A stretch of DNA of 63,405 bases, counting the filler, from Octopus bimaculoides (taxonomy: Eukaryota): NCBI RefSeq assembly GCF_001194135.2. It is 8 parts of 7 records of this genome, joined end to end, with 100 filler letters (N's around TTAATTAATTAA, not from the genome) between each part and the next. Parts side by side here need not be neighbours in the genome. Positions count along the whole stretch, not along the records: positions 1 to 29,841 come from NC_069010.1; 7 more parts are not named here. One strand, given 5' to 3'. Both the position numbers and the translations under genes were made by a program. Positions 1-12,859 of this stretch are shown in pieces; positions within the stretch are counted from its first letter, which is position 1; every line of letters begins with the position of its first letter. The notes beneath the pieces are model-generated. The model did not search any database. It was not told the DNA's origin and saw nothing but the letters and a program-made list of their open reading frames with translations.

Positions 1-600
1 CGAAGAAGCTCTAACCCTTAGAAGATGTGAAAGGATTGTAATTGACAGAATACAAATGGCTGGTAGAAGTGATGGCCAGAAATGTCGCTTTGTGACTGGT
101 TCGGCTTTGGAGCAGACATTTGTGAGTCTCAAGATGTTACAGCATCGAGATCTACCAGTCATCATGGCAGTTGTATGGAGTTACTGGACACTGTACTGAA
201 CTGAGAGGATCAGTTGATGTCCTGATTGAAGTTGCAGGACAAAAGGTTGTGCTTCTAGTGTACATGGTGGAGATGAAGTGTCCTTGTTTCTTAGGTCTGG
301 ATTACTTGTCATTTATCAGGTGTCAACTGGATGTCTGCTTTATAAAGCTTTGGCTCAAAGGGAGATTTGACTGTGTCAAGGTGGTAAAGCTGTCTATTAC
401 AGGTGGTGAAGTGAAAGCGTTACGGATGACACTGATCCCACCGAAATCAGAACGACAGATCTAGTGTAGTATGAAGTACCATATTGACACTGGAGATCAT
501 CGCCCAATCGAGCAACCAGCTTGGAGGATGGTGCCAGTGCAGCGTAAATACATGGAATGTTCTGAAAGAGAAGTCAATATGGAAAGATATCATAATTGCA
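1..600 (+). mobile_element. Degenerate Ty3/Gypsy LTR-retrotransposon pol fragment (aspartic-protease region)
   Basis: ORF 171-464 VDVLIEVAGQKVVLLVYMVEMKCPCFLGLDYL...TLIPPKSE resembles the C-terminal half of retropepsins (CxLGxDxL); flanking frames are broken. Confidence 0.4.
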
Positions 601-1766
601 AAATCTTCGTCAAAACTTTGTAGTGGAGACCAAATCTTTCCAAAAAGTCAAAGAATAGCATACACATGTGTTGCAGGAATGTGTTAGGACAAAACGTGAA
701 CCAGAAAATAGATCTTTTAATGAAATAAAATGGGAAACTAAACGAGCAAATTTCCTCACTGAACAGTGATAACAGCTGAAGGTCACAAAGTAAATTTCAG
801 TTGATCTGGAAAATTAACGAACTAAAGGTGAATATCTTGCAAAAACAAATAATAAATAAAANNNNNNNNNNNNNNNNNNNNNNNNNNNNNNNNNNNNNNN
901 NNNNNNNNNNNNNNNNNNNNNNNNNNNNNNNNNNNNNNNNNNNNNNNNNNNNNNNNNNNNNNNNNNNNNNNNNNNNNNNNNNNNNNNNNNNNNNNNNNNN
1001 NNNNNNNNNNNNNNNNNNNNNNNNNNNNNNNNNNNNNNNNNNNNNNNNNNNNNNNNNNNNNNNNNNNNNNNNNNNNNNNNNNNNNNNNNNNNNNNNNNNN
1101 NNNNNNNNNNNNNNNNNNNNNNNNNNNNNNNNNNNNNNNNNNNNNNNNNNNNNNNNNNNNNNNNNNNNNNNNNNNNNNNNNNNNNNNNNNNNNNNNNNNN
1201 NNNNNNNNNNNNNNNNNNNNNNNNNNNNNNNNNNNNNNNNNNNNNNNNNNNNNNNNNNNNNNNNNNNNNNNNNNNNNNNNNNNNNNNNNNNNNNNNNNNN
1301 NNNNNNNNNNNNNNNNNNNNNNNNNNNNNNNNNNNNNNNNNNNNNNNNNNNNNNNNNNNNNNNNNNNNNNNNNNNNNNNNNNNNNNNNNNNNNNNNNNNN
1401 NNNNNNNNNNNNNNNNNNNNNNNNNNNNNNNNNNNNNNNNNNNNNNNNNNNNNNNNNNNNNNNNNNNNNNNNNNNNNNNNNNNNNNNNNNNNNNNNNNNN
1501 NNNNNNNNNNNNNNNNNNNNNNNNNNNNNNNNNNNNNNNNNNNNNNNNNNNNNNNNNNNNNNNNNNNNNNNNNNNNNNNNNNNNNNNNNNNNNNNNNNNN
1601 NNNNNNNNNNNNNNNNNNNNNNNNNNNNNNNNNNNNNNNNNNNNNNNNNNNNNNNNNNNNNNNNNNNNNNNNNNNNNNNNNNNNNNNNNNNNNNNNNNNN
1701 NNNNNNNNNNNNNNNNNNNNNNNNNNNNNNNNNNNNNNNNNNNNNNNNNNNNNNNNNNNNNNNNNN

Positions 1767-2386
1767 GCAACAGAGACTACAAAGTGATGACCAGCAGGCT
1801 CATCTCTGGGTGTGTCAACAGTGAGGGTGACGTCATGCTACACCACATCTTTGAACATGACATCAGATTCCGTTCAGATGAGACGTGAACCTGCTGGAGA
1901 CTGTGGTGCAAACTTGCTAAAGCAGGATGCTGTCATAAGGATGTGTGTGTGACAACAACATTTGACTGTATGTCATATTTCTGCAAAAAGTCAGAAGTGG
2001 TTGTCAGAGAATGTCCCACAACTTCTCCAGCCTTAATTCCTGGCCTCCTAATTCTCCTCATTGTAATCCCCTGGATTATCATTTGTAAGGCACAGTTGAG
2101 AAAGACTTTGACTGCTGTTTCAACATCGTTGCTGAGCTCGTAGCCAAGATCAAGGAGGTGTTTGAAGATCTTTTCAGGGACAAAGGGAGGGACACATAGA
2201 CCAGGTTCTAGAGCTGTCTCGGGGCCATGGTGGAAGCTGACGGTGGCTATTTTGAGTAAACTGCTGTCTCCCAGGCATAATCTAGTTCAGATTTTTTGAT
2301 ATTTTAACATACATTTATTTTTGGATGGGATACTGTGGTTTGTGATATTTTTATGCATACTGTCAAACTTAACCCAAACACACTAC
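1767..2386 (+). mobile_element. Tc1/mariner (maT, DD37D-like) transposase remnant, copy in duplication unit 0
   Basis: Translates to KVMTSRLISGCVNSEGDVMLPHIFEH...WPPNSP(H)CNPLDYHL; homologous to 9950-10825 and 23808-24560; right TIR remnant ttttatgcatactgtcaaacttaacccaaacac. Confidence 0.7.
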
Positions 2387-2730
2387 ATGTTTAATGCCAC
2401 ATGTTGTTAAATTCATCATACATAGAATAAAGGACACTAGAAATAGATCACAGGTGAACTAGCTTTTGTTTAGAATTATCAGCTAAACAACTATTTCGAG
2501 TTGTTAATACATAAAGANNNNNNNNNNTTTAGAATTATCAGCTAAACAACTATTTCGAGTTGTTAATACATAAAGATTGGGTGTAGTTGTTGTGCATCAT
2601 GTAAATATCTCTGAGTAGACAGGATAAGAGNNNNNNNNNNNNNNNNNNNNNNNNNNNNNNNNNNNNNNNNNNNNNNNNNNNNNNNNNNNNNNNNNNNNNN
2701 NNNNNNNNNNNNNNNNNNNNNNNNNNNNNN

Positions 2731-5700
2731 AACAGGTAAGGTTCCTCGGTAACAATGCCTGGCGAGGGACCTCTGGAAGTGACCTCTCTCCCATCCTTTT
2801 TTAACTGTAGGTCTGGCCCAAACCAGCCCAAGCATTTTCACCGGAACGTCTGTCCAACATCCCAAGGCGCTGTTGGATGGCATCGACTTTCTTCTTCAGG
2901 TGGCGAGCTGCAAGCCGACCGACTTATCATGGTTAATTATTGCTCCTGCCACCGCCTCATATTCTTTAACAGCTTCACCTACCCTTTGTAGGTGTTTCGC
3001 TTCAGATACGATGATGGTGATGTCATTGATGTACGCCGTTACTGATCTTCCATAACCTAGATCTCGTGGGACGACACTCAAACCCTCTCACCTGCGCAGT
3101 AATTGCTCAAGAGCCAGCACATACAGAGTGGGGAAGAGCGGACATCCTTGATGAACAGAGCGCTTGATAGAGAACAGTTTTGAGAAGAAACCGCTCACAC
3201 AAAAGATCGAATCAATGTTACTGTACAAAGATATGATCCAACCACGAAAGATCGGGCCCNNNNNNNNNNNNNNNNNNNNNNNNNNNNNNNNNNNNNNNNN
3301 NNNNNNNNNNNNNNNNNNNNNNNNNNNNNNNNNNNNNNNNNNNNNNNNNNNNNNNNNNNNNNNNNNNNNNNNNNNNNNNNNNNNNNNNNNNNNNNNNNNN
3401 NNNNNNNNNNNNNNNNNNNNNNNNNNNNNNNNNNNNNNNNNNNNNNNNNNNNNNNNNNNNNNNNNNNNNNNNNNNNNNNNNNNNNNNNNNNNNNNNNNNN
3501 NNNNNNNNNNNNNNNNNNNNNNNNNNNNNNNNNNNNNNNNNNNNNNNNNNNNNNNNNNNNNNNNNNNNNNNNNNNNNNNNNNNNNNNNNNNNNNNNNNNN
3601 NNNNNNNNNNNNNNNNNNNNNNNNNNNNNNNNNNNNNNNNNNNNNNNNNNNNNNNNNNNNNNNNNNNNNNNNNNNNNNNNNNNNNNNNNNNNNNNNNNNN
3701 NNNNNNNNNNNNNNNNNNNNNNNNNNNNNNNNNNNNNNNNNNNNNNNNNNNNNNNNNNNNNNNNNNNNNNNNNNNNNNNNNNNNNNNNNNNNNNNNNNNN
3801 NNNNNNNNNNNNNNNNNNNNNNNNNNNNNNNNNNNNNNNNNNNNNNNNNNNNNNNNNNNNNNNNNNNNNNNNNNNNNNNNNNNNNNNNNNNNNNNNNNNN
3901 NNNNNNNNNNNNNNNNNNNNNNNNNNNNNNNNNNNNNNNNNNNNNNNNNNNNNNNNNNNNNNNNNNNNNNNNNNNNNNNNNNNNNNNNNNNNNNNNNNNN
4001 NNNNNNNNNNNNNNNNNNNNNNNNNNNNNNNNNNNNNNNNNNNNNNNNNNNNNNNNNNNNNNNNNNNNNNNNNNNNNNNNNNNNNNNNNNNNNNNNNNNN
4101 NNNNNNNNNNCGGCCTTTTACAACATTCTGCATCCTTCACCGAGAGACACGGCAAACTAGCGAGGAAGTCCGTAGGGTCCACCCTGCGCTCCAGTCCAGC
4201 GCTTCTCCCAAAAAGCCGGCCGAAAAACCTTGCACATCTCCTCGGGTTCATTTACCATTTGCCCTTGGCAGTTAGACATAGACCTTATCCTGCCATGTTG
4301 AGCTTCTACCGCATGGGCCCATCTTGCAGTGCGAATCCCCTCTCGACCCATCGCACGTAGCTTAGCCCTGACAATGCATCCTTCATGTTGAGCCTCGAAG
4401 TGTTGGTTGAGCTCCAATCTCGCAGCCATCACCTCTTCTAAAGCCTTGACTAAGTCCCTTTCTACTTTTTTTCTTTCTATCTGCTAGTTCTCTACTATAT
4501 CTAATTGACTCGATTTGAACAGCTCTTTTTAGGGTTCTTCACCATTTGTTCTTAATAATGGTGCCAGTCAGAAACCTCTTCACTGACTCAATAATCTGGT
4601 TCCTGTACTCCTTGTCAGTCAAAAAAGACCTATCGAGTTTCCATTAACCACGACCTTGTTTGCATAACCTATCTAAGACAAGAGTACAGAACACAAGATT
4701 GTGATCACTGTAGCTGATGTAATGAAACTGAGGACAACTATGTTCTTATCCTTACATTTAACTAAAATCCTGTCTAGAGAAGATCTAGAAGACTCGTTGC
4801 TATTCATCCAGATCCACACTGATGCGTTCAGGAATTCTAGTCTGTGCCGGTCGGCCAGCTGAAAGCTAGTGAGCAGATCGGTGAGGCATGGGTTTCCGCT
4901 TCTATTTGGATTCGAGCCAACACAATCTATGCGTGCATCACAGATTGTGTTCAAGTCACATACTATTACTAAAGTGAGTGTGCGACGGGCCTAAGGAATT
5001 CTCTAGGCTTCTAAAATAAATTTCTCGTAGCCGTTCAGCAGGGGTAAAAGGCCCATGACCCACTCAGCCCGATTTCCTTGGCCACTGCCACATCCAGTCT
5101 ATGTGACCTGAGGTCATTTATGAAGCGACCTTGCTTCAAATCTGATCCCAGGCCACGTACATTTAAAGAACCTATTGTAAGTGTATCCATAAAATGGCTT
5201 ACCTTATGTTGGAGAAGGGATNNNNNNNNNNNNNNNNNNNNNNNNNNNNNNNNNNNNNNNNNNNNNNNNNNNNNNNNNNNNNNNNNNNNNNNNNNNNNNN
5301 NNNNNNNNNNNNNNNNNNNNNNNNNNNNNNNNNNNNNNNNNNNNNNNNNNNNNNNNNNNNNNNNNNNNNNNNNNNNNNNNNNNNNNNNNNNNNNNNNNNN
5401 NNNNNNNNNNNNNNNNNNNNNNNNNNNNNNNNNNNNNNNNNNNNNNNNNNNNNNNNNNNNNNNNNNNNNNNNNNNNNNNNNNNNNNNNNNNNNNNNNNNN
5501 NNNNNNNNNNNNNNNNNNNNNNNNNNNNNNNNNNNNNNNNNNNNNNNNNNNNNNNNNNNNNNNNNNNNNNNNNNNNNNNNNNNNNNNNNNNNNNNNNNNN
5601 NNNNNNNNNNNNNNNNNNNNNNNNNNNNNNNNNNNNNNNNNNNNNNNNNNNNNNNNNNNNNNNNNNNNNNNNNNNNNNNNNNNNNNNNNNNNNNNNNNNN

Positions 5701-6780
5701 NNNNNNNNNNNNNNNNNNNNNNNNNNNNNNNNNNNNNNNNNNNNNNNNNNNNNNNNNNNNNNNNNNNNNNNNNNNNNNNNNNNNNNNNNNNNNNNNNNNN
5801 NNNNNNNNNNNNNNNNNNNNNNNNNNNNNNNNNNNNNNNNNNNNNNNNNNNNNNNNNNNNNNNNNNNNNNNNNNNNNNNNNNNNNNNNNNNNNNNNNNNN
5901 NNNNNNNNNNNNNNNNNNNNNNNNNNNNNNNNNNNNNNNNNNNNNNNNNNNNNNNNNNNNNNNNNNNNNNNNNNNNNNNNNNNNNNNNNNNNNNNNNNNN
6001 NNNNNNNNNNNNNNNNNNNNNNNNNNNNNNNNNNNNNNNNNNNNNNNNNNNNNNNNNNNNNNNNNNNNNCCAACTCTGCTGGTGTATTTTGGATGCTTCT
6101 AAAATAGTTATTTCATCATCTAAACACATTGTAAGGTCCACACATAACCAAGTAACATCAATTTCAGGTGGAATATCCTCTATGGTGATTCATGAAGTGC
6201 ATCTGCTTAGGTATGTAGGCAGCAGTACTATATCTGTGGTTTTGAGCGGTTTCATTGAGCGTACCTTTGCCTTTTCTTCACTCTTGAAGTACACAATAAT
6301 TGTTGCAAATCTTCTTCTTGTGATGAACTGAATGTCTTGCCAAATAGGCTGTAGACACTTTCTACTTCCTCCTTTGGTGCTTTTTCAAGCTTTTTGTCTT
6401 TAATGATGAGGCTTTTAAAAACAATTATTTTCCTGGCTGTATTGTCTATGAAATTATCAGGAAAGGTTGCTTTTGTATCGTTCCCCTCCCTTTCGAACAT
6501 TTTTGGTGTTGTATCAACTTTGCTGCTTCTATATTTAATTTTTGCTTCTGAATTTCAGCTGCTGCGAAGTTAATTTTCTTTGTTTGTTCACTGGGTTGTT
6601 GTACAGTAGACGACATGTTCACATCAGACTTTGGTTCAGGACCGGACATCGTTTTCTTGTTAACATTATTCTCCTGAACGGAGGACATATTCAGCTTTCA
6701 TATTTTCCCCGGAGGGCATATTTGTGGGTTTCTCGTCTACAGAAGAGCAATATTTGTGATAACTCCCACAGTTGACGCAA
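2731..6780 (-). mobile_element. L1/Tx1-clade non-LTR retrotransposon, degenerate and gap-interrupted
   Basis: APE N-terminus TIGSLNVRGL (about 5150-5200); SLDRILV (about 4770); RT motifs RSVHQGCPLFPTLYVLALEQLL (3090-3170) and AYINDITI (YADD-like, about 3030); ORF1-like sequence at 6070-6700. Confidence 0.85.
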
Positions 6781-6961
6781 ATAAAAATAAAATAATTCCC
6801 CTCCTCACAGAGGGGTACAACGTTCACAAAGTCTGCCAAACGCAGATAACAAGGTGTTTTATAAAAACACCCAACAAAATAATGGCAGCAAATTCAACAA
6901 TCCTCCAACAACTCACGACCACCAAAAAAAACACGAAATGATAGTACTGTTTAACATTTAC

Positions 6962-7125
6962 GGAAATGTTTCATTAAGGATAGTATTGTTATGTGTTTGT
7001 GGTAGTTGAGAAATGCATTCTATGTATTTTAAATTTATTATTATCAGCTGATTAAGAGAAATTCATGCACAGGTCATTTAACCGGATATCAACATCAAAT
7101 AGAAGCACATTCAATGCGCATGCGT
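6962..7125 (-). promoter_or_regulatory. Candidate promoter and non-coding exon 1 of the unit-0 ZNF gene
   Basis: TGCGCATGCGT (NRF1-type) at 7115-7125; minus-strand donor CC|GTAAAT at 6962/6961; both conserved in the paralogous block 22175-22329. Confidence 0.5.
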
Positions 7126-7390
7126 GTCTTCTGTCTGTAAGGTATCTGTCTCTGTTTAAATCCCTTTAATTTTTAGTATATTGTAATAAATTTATGTGCG
7201 TGTGTTTATGTGAGTATTTCTATTCATCTGTATTGACCATCTTATCTGACGTAATACGTCGCTGCTCACTATGCCATTCCAGTTCTTTCTTAATTCTGGT
7301 AATTTTTTTTTTTTTGCCATTTTGGCCCAATTATTTTTAATGAACCGTAATATCCACGTTAGATCATTCTAGGAACGTAATGTTTTAATT

Positions 7391-7540
7391 TTTTTCTACT
7401 CTAGGCACAAGGTCCGAAATTTTGGGGAAAAGAGGCAGTCGATTAGATCGATCCAGTACGCAACTGGTACTTAATTTATCGACCCCGAAGGATGAAAGCA
7501 AAGTCGACCTCGGCGAATTTTGAACGAAGAACGTAACCGT
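7391..7540 (-). mobile_element. SINE family B fragment
   Basis: Reverse complement of gttcaaattccgccgaggtcgactttgcctttcatcc...gataaataagtaccagtt, shared with copies at 35.4, 35.6, 45.3, 45.6, 52.9 and 59.3 kb; absent from the paralogous unit at about 23030. Confidence 0.75.
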
Positions 7541-8879
7541 AATGTCTTAATGAGACATGTTTGTAATGACATGGAAACATAACTGTATAAATGTGACAAT
7601 TCATTAGAACAAAACCAAACATTTCAATCCCTGACTGGTGTGGGGTTAGTTTTGTTGGTTTTATCCACAGCAACAATTCATCCATTCATTGTTTCTGTTT
7701 TTTAGGTTTTTGTTTTACTTACTTGCCTCTTACAGCATGAAGTAATATGGTTTACTGTCAAAATTCCCTCATCACCAATCAATAAGTCTTGATTTATCCA
7801 TACATGAAAAGAAGCACAATACTTTTAAAGAAAGGCTTTTTACGTCCCTCCATCTATATCCACATTCTGAAGATAAATTACATCTGTGATATTTTCAATA
7901 TAAATACTTTCTTACGAATTTTGAATTTATTTTGCAAACATTCTGATCTGAAATTGCAACTTTTCTCGAATTTTCTCGACATTTTGCAGAATATTCATAT
8001 CTCAAACAATCCAACCCATTCCAGCATGGAAAGCAGATGCTCAATGATGATGGTGATGAGGGCGCGGAGGAGAAACAAGACGGTGTTTCTTAGATATTAG
8101 AAACTCACACACACGAGCGCACACGCCCCCCCCCACATGTGTTCTATTGTTTTTGAAGTTTTACTTTACGATATTCTAAGAGTCAGACGAGTATTTGGGG
8201 ACAGAGGTTTCTGTGGTTAGGTTCCCTTTCTGCTGCCAACTGTTCCAAGTCAAGTAATAAATCTCCCAGCCTCTCATGCAAAAGACAGACTTAACAAGGT
8301 TATATGGAGGACTGGAAACCGAAACCACCACTTCAAAGAGCCCTTCATTCACAAAGATCGTGCAGTATGTCAGCACATATCAAGGAACCTAGACATGGTT
8401 ACAACGTGCAATGCAACTAAACGATGCCTGTGAATATTAATGGAGACAAAGTCCCTCGCACACAGATGCAGCTGTGTGCATATACGTATATACATAACAG
8501 GAAAACAGAAATGTTTTTTGGTATTGTTTATTTTCCATCACATATGATTCATTTTCTGATTGCAATTAGAATGATTAACGTGTTATGTAAGGCATTTCTC
8601 ATTAGAAACAGTTTTCATAATACCAAAATACATTTGGATGAATCGTTTATATTTAGAAGCATCACATCACCGATAATAAATGAAAAGGGAAGGAGAGCGA
8701 TATAAATAAATTTTTGTGTAGAAATACAAATGTATATATATCAGCAGTCACATAGTTTATAAGTATATATATATACACAAACAAACACATATATATCCAC
8801 ACATAAACCCCAACCGTAACCCTATATTCATATGCAGAAATACTTACACACACTCAGATATATTCTTATATATGTATAG

Positions 8880-9288
8880 TTTTACATACAACACTAATAA
8901 TGGATATATATTGATTGTAATAATGGAATAAGCAGATATGTTTCAATGGGAAACAGCAGCGGTAGATACCTTTTAATCATGTATTTGTGAAGTAATGAAT
9001 GAATGAATGGATGAGAACATTAGGTTAATTAAAATGTGTTTGTGACATATTTCAGCTGCCAGAGACATATTGACTGCAGTCACCCCAGAGAAAACATTCT
9101 CTCTTAAGGTAAAATAAAGGGTGAAAACACCATATCTGTCAAGTGTTCCCACCCAGTTTTTCCAGACATCGATGTTTCTATTAGTATTAATCAATAGAAA
9201 ATACCAAAGAGGGGCAACTCTGGATCAAACCGCAGCTTCAACTAAAATAGTCAACAACATCGACTGATTTGTGCCAGAAGACAGAAAA
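8880..9288 (+). pseudogene. Possible decayed three-exon fragment of a PH-domain gene
   Basis: AG/GT-bounded segments 8880-8961 and 9056-9108, plus about 9197-9288 (acceptor lost), give GYIDCNNGISRYVSMGNSSA-ARDILTAVTPEKTFSLK-ENTKEGQLWIK after one 2-nt slip; resembles PH strands b3-b7 plus the C-terminal helix. Confidence 0.3.
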
Positions 9289-9949
9289 GTATGCTATTAA
9301 AATAAATTATATTTTACTGAACGCTTTTTAAATCACACTGTCGCTCTAATAAATACTCCTCACACACACAACAATAGCTGTATACTTTATATAGAGAGAG
9401 TGTGAGATAAATAGTTTACTACGAGGGAAGTGAAAATGAAAGAGAAAAGAGTTCTTTTTTGTTGCCATCACAGATTTTGAACCTTCAAAACTAACTGAAA
9501 ATGCTCAAACTTCATACGTTAAAATATTTTTTTCACACTGAATCCCTATTTGTGATTACATTATTCCAGAAATTTTTCTAGAAAAATGTTAGACAGGTTT
9601 CAAGTTTGATCATTTTACCAAATTAGAAAACAGGATTTGTACATGATAGCTGTGATAAAACGAAAGCAAACATTTGAAGACAAAGTTTTAAACAAAATGA
9701 AGCCAATGTGTGAGAGATAAGACATATATTGTGAAAGAGAGAAACATAAAAAGTGTGGTGACTGGTAGAGAGAGACTGATAAAAAGTAGATCTAAAAGTT
9801 GAGTTATTTCTCAGAGAAGATTATATTGTTTTTATTATTATTTCCAGATGACTTCCTCTTTGAGATGATAATTATCTTTTTTTTTCCCCCATTATTTATG
9901 AATAATCAGATTCAGTTTGCAATTTTGTAAATTATAAAAACTGGCACAC

Positions 9950-10825
9950 AGGATGTTCAGGGTAAATTTTACAATATTTTACGTCTTTGTTTTCAGAAAA
10001 AATCTTTATGTATTGGTGAACAGTCAATATTCTGGCAGAGCATAAAGAGTAGCGTTGTAGTCCAAAAAAGAAAATAATTAACTAACAGGACTAAAATCCA
10101 GCTGAATAATGTAAGAGAGTTACCTGTATCATGATGACAAGAACTAGATAGAAAAAATGCTGACATTGTGACTGCTGCTCAATACTTTCTGAACACTGTA
10201 AAAGTCATAAAGCCTAATATGTACAGCAGCAACAGAGACTACAAAGTGATGACCAGCAGGAAAGAATGCAACAGGCTCATCTTTGAGTGTGTCTCCAGTG
10301 AAGGTGATGTCATGCCACCCCACATCTTTGAACATGATGTTAGAATGTTAAATTCCATTCAGATGGGACATGAAGCTGTGATGAAAACCTTGAAGGATAC
10401 TGCCAGAAGGCTGTACATGTGGCAGCAACGTTTGACAGCTTGTCATATTTCCACAAAGAGTCAGAAGTGGTTGTCAGTGAATTTCTACCACTTCTCCAAG
10501 CCTAATTCCCCTGATTGTAATCTCATGGATTATCATTTGTGAGGTACAGTTGAGAAAAACACCAACTGCTCTGTTTCAATAGCAATGCTGAGCTGGTAGC
10601 CAAGATCAAGGAGGTGCTTGAAAATCTTTTCAGAGACAAAGACTCCAGGTTCTAGAGCTGTCTTGAGACCATGGTGGAAGCTGAGGGTGGCTACTTTGAG
10701 TAAACTGCTGTCTCCCAGACATAATCTAGATAGTTTTTGGTCTTTTAATATATTTCTATTCTTGGATGGAATAATATGGTTTATGTTGCTTTTATGCAAA
10801 CTATCAAATTTAATCCATCATACAT
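9950..10825 (+). mobile_element. maT/DD37D-like transposon remnant with both TIR remnants (unit 1)
   Basis: ORF 10168-10542 CVSSEGDVMPPHIFE...YMWQQ...CHISTKSQKWL...PNSPDCNLMDYHL; left TIR caggatgttcagggtaaattttac near 9950, right TIR near 10790-10825. Confidence 0.75.
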
Positions 10826-11249
10826 AGAATAAATGACACTCGAAATAGATCATAAGTAAACTTGCTTTCATTTAGAATTATCAGCTAAAGAATTATTTTG
10901 AGTTAATACATAAAGACAGGTTGTAGTTGTTATCCATTGTGTAAATATCTCTGAGTAGACAGGATAAGAGAGAAATGTTACATCGGTAACAGCCAGCAAG
11001 GAAAGAGACAAAAGCACATCTTTATGTTTCTGACACGACAACATTACTGAGACAAAGCATGTTGCCTCTTTTATGATAAAAGAGAGCATTCTATTTACTG
11101 TTCCATTTTCATAAAAATTTCTGAGTTAAGCCAGGTCAGAGAAACAAAAGATATTTCATAGGTTATCATGGCTGAACTGAATTTAACTTCACATGTTGAA
11201 GAAGCGGACAATGGATAATCAGAAAGTTGGCTCTCATAAATTTCTGAGT

Positions 11250-12030
11250 GCAGAGCCAGAGAAAAAAAGTTGGGTAAAGTCTACCAAAACATTCAGGCTA
11301 CAGTTTTACTTCCTGATCTGGAATGCAGGATCAAATTACTTCAAACAGATATGAGGTAGTATGAAAATGTTCCCAAACTAGTTGTGTTCTGCCACTTTTG
11401 GCAACTGGCCTGGAAGTCATTTTGTGTGAGTCAAGGTCCTTCTGCTATTTGCTCTTGATCTTGACAATGGTCTTAAAACATTAACCTTTGAATAGCATTT
11501 CATATTTGTCCTATCATTCCTCTTTCTTTTTAGAATCACTGAATGCAAGTTTGTCATTATCTATCTCCATACACATCCCAAACGTCAATTTCTGCAAATT
11601 AGAATACTTCATATGTTTGGTCCTCAACCTGTTGAATATTTGCATACCACATTTTATTCTGCTTATTCCTTGCTAAAGAGCCCCGTTTCCCAGCTTCTCT
11701 TTGAGCTACCAATTGCTCCCATTCTTCCAAATCTTCCAAGACTGCTTCTTTGTTTCTATTGTTCTATAAACTTCTCTGTTCCACCATCACGTCATCCTTC
11801 ACCTACCTGATATTTCACACCAACCACAAACTTCTTCTGCAGCTCTACAAGGGTTGTCTCATCAGAACTTCCAGTTGTTCTCTTTCTCCTTCTTTTCATC
11901 AAAGTACATCTCTAAATCTGTCTGCAGGATCCATGAACTTGCAGGACTTTCAGTTCGTGATTGGCTGAAATTTCCTTCTTGCACTCAGTCTCAAGTCACT
12001 AACTGCTAACCTATGTTGTGAAGATCATTC
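11250..12030 (-). mobile_element. RTE-clade LINE ORF remnant
   Basis: Minus strand reads TWWWNREV..TIETKKQSWKIWKNG, resembling the RTE endonuclease-RT linker; many stops. Confidence 0.55.
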
Positions 12031-12099
12031 TTTACCAGAGAAAGACTTTGCATTTACGAGTGTCTGCCTATCCTGTTCTCTGGTTATAATGTAGCCAAT

Positions 12100-12300
12100 C
12101 CGGCTTGTGTGTCATGCCACCCAACATTATTGAATATGGAGTGAGGTTCCATTTAGATGGCTACTTGAACCTGCTGGAGACAGTGGAGAAACCTTGCTGA
12201 AGAAAGATACTGCCAGAAGGCTATATGTGTAGCAACAACATTTTAGTGCTTGTCATACTTCTGCAACATGTCAGAAGTGGTTATCGGAGAATGTTCAAGA
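12100..12300 (+). mobile_element. Additional maT transposase fragment
   Basis: gtgtcatgccaccc...gatactgccagaaggctatatgtg...cagaagtggtt matches 10305-10480. Confidence 0.6.
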
Positions 12301-12859
12301 TTGAACAGAATTTCACCTGACATGTTGAAGAATTGGATAAGTTTATCTAAGTGGAACAGAGTTGACACTGGATAGTCAGGAATCTCCTCCAAAATGTTGT
12401 CTCTCAATTTTATGAAAATCATCATTTGGACACTTCAAAACCTATCTTTGTAAAGTTTAGTTTAAAGAAACCCTTATTCAGAAACTAACAAGGAATCAGT
12501 CTGGTTGGGGCATTAAACTATACAAATGCCTCATGTTCTTCCTTTACGATTTCTTCTGTTTTGTATTTCGGGTCATTGTTTATGTATATATTTGACAACT
12601 TTACAATATTCCTGAATATAAAAAAGTATTAACTTATGTTGTTGTATAAAATATTTAATGAGTGAAACATTTAAAAGACAATAAACAATAAATATATTAT
12701 AATTACAAGATGCAACAATCAAGAAAGAATAATGCATGAGTAGTCAAGAAAGGAGTGGGAGTTAAATATTGCAGAGACAAAACAAAAAACTAAAATTTTT
12801 GGAAATAATTTCCATTGCATAAAACACAGGAATATTAAACAAATACAGCAAACAAGAAA

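Noticed and set aside
2468-2576. About 48-bp tandem duplication across a 10-N gap (also 60293-60398)
   Set aside because: Contig-end overlap artefact
801-6331. Long ORFs made mostly of X (also at 15, 18, 30, 44, 52, 55 and 62 kb)
   Set aside because: Produced by N-runs
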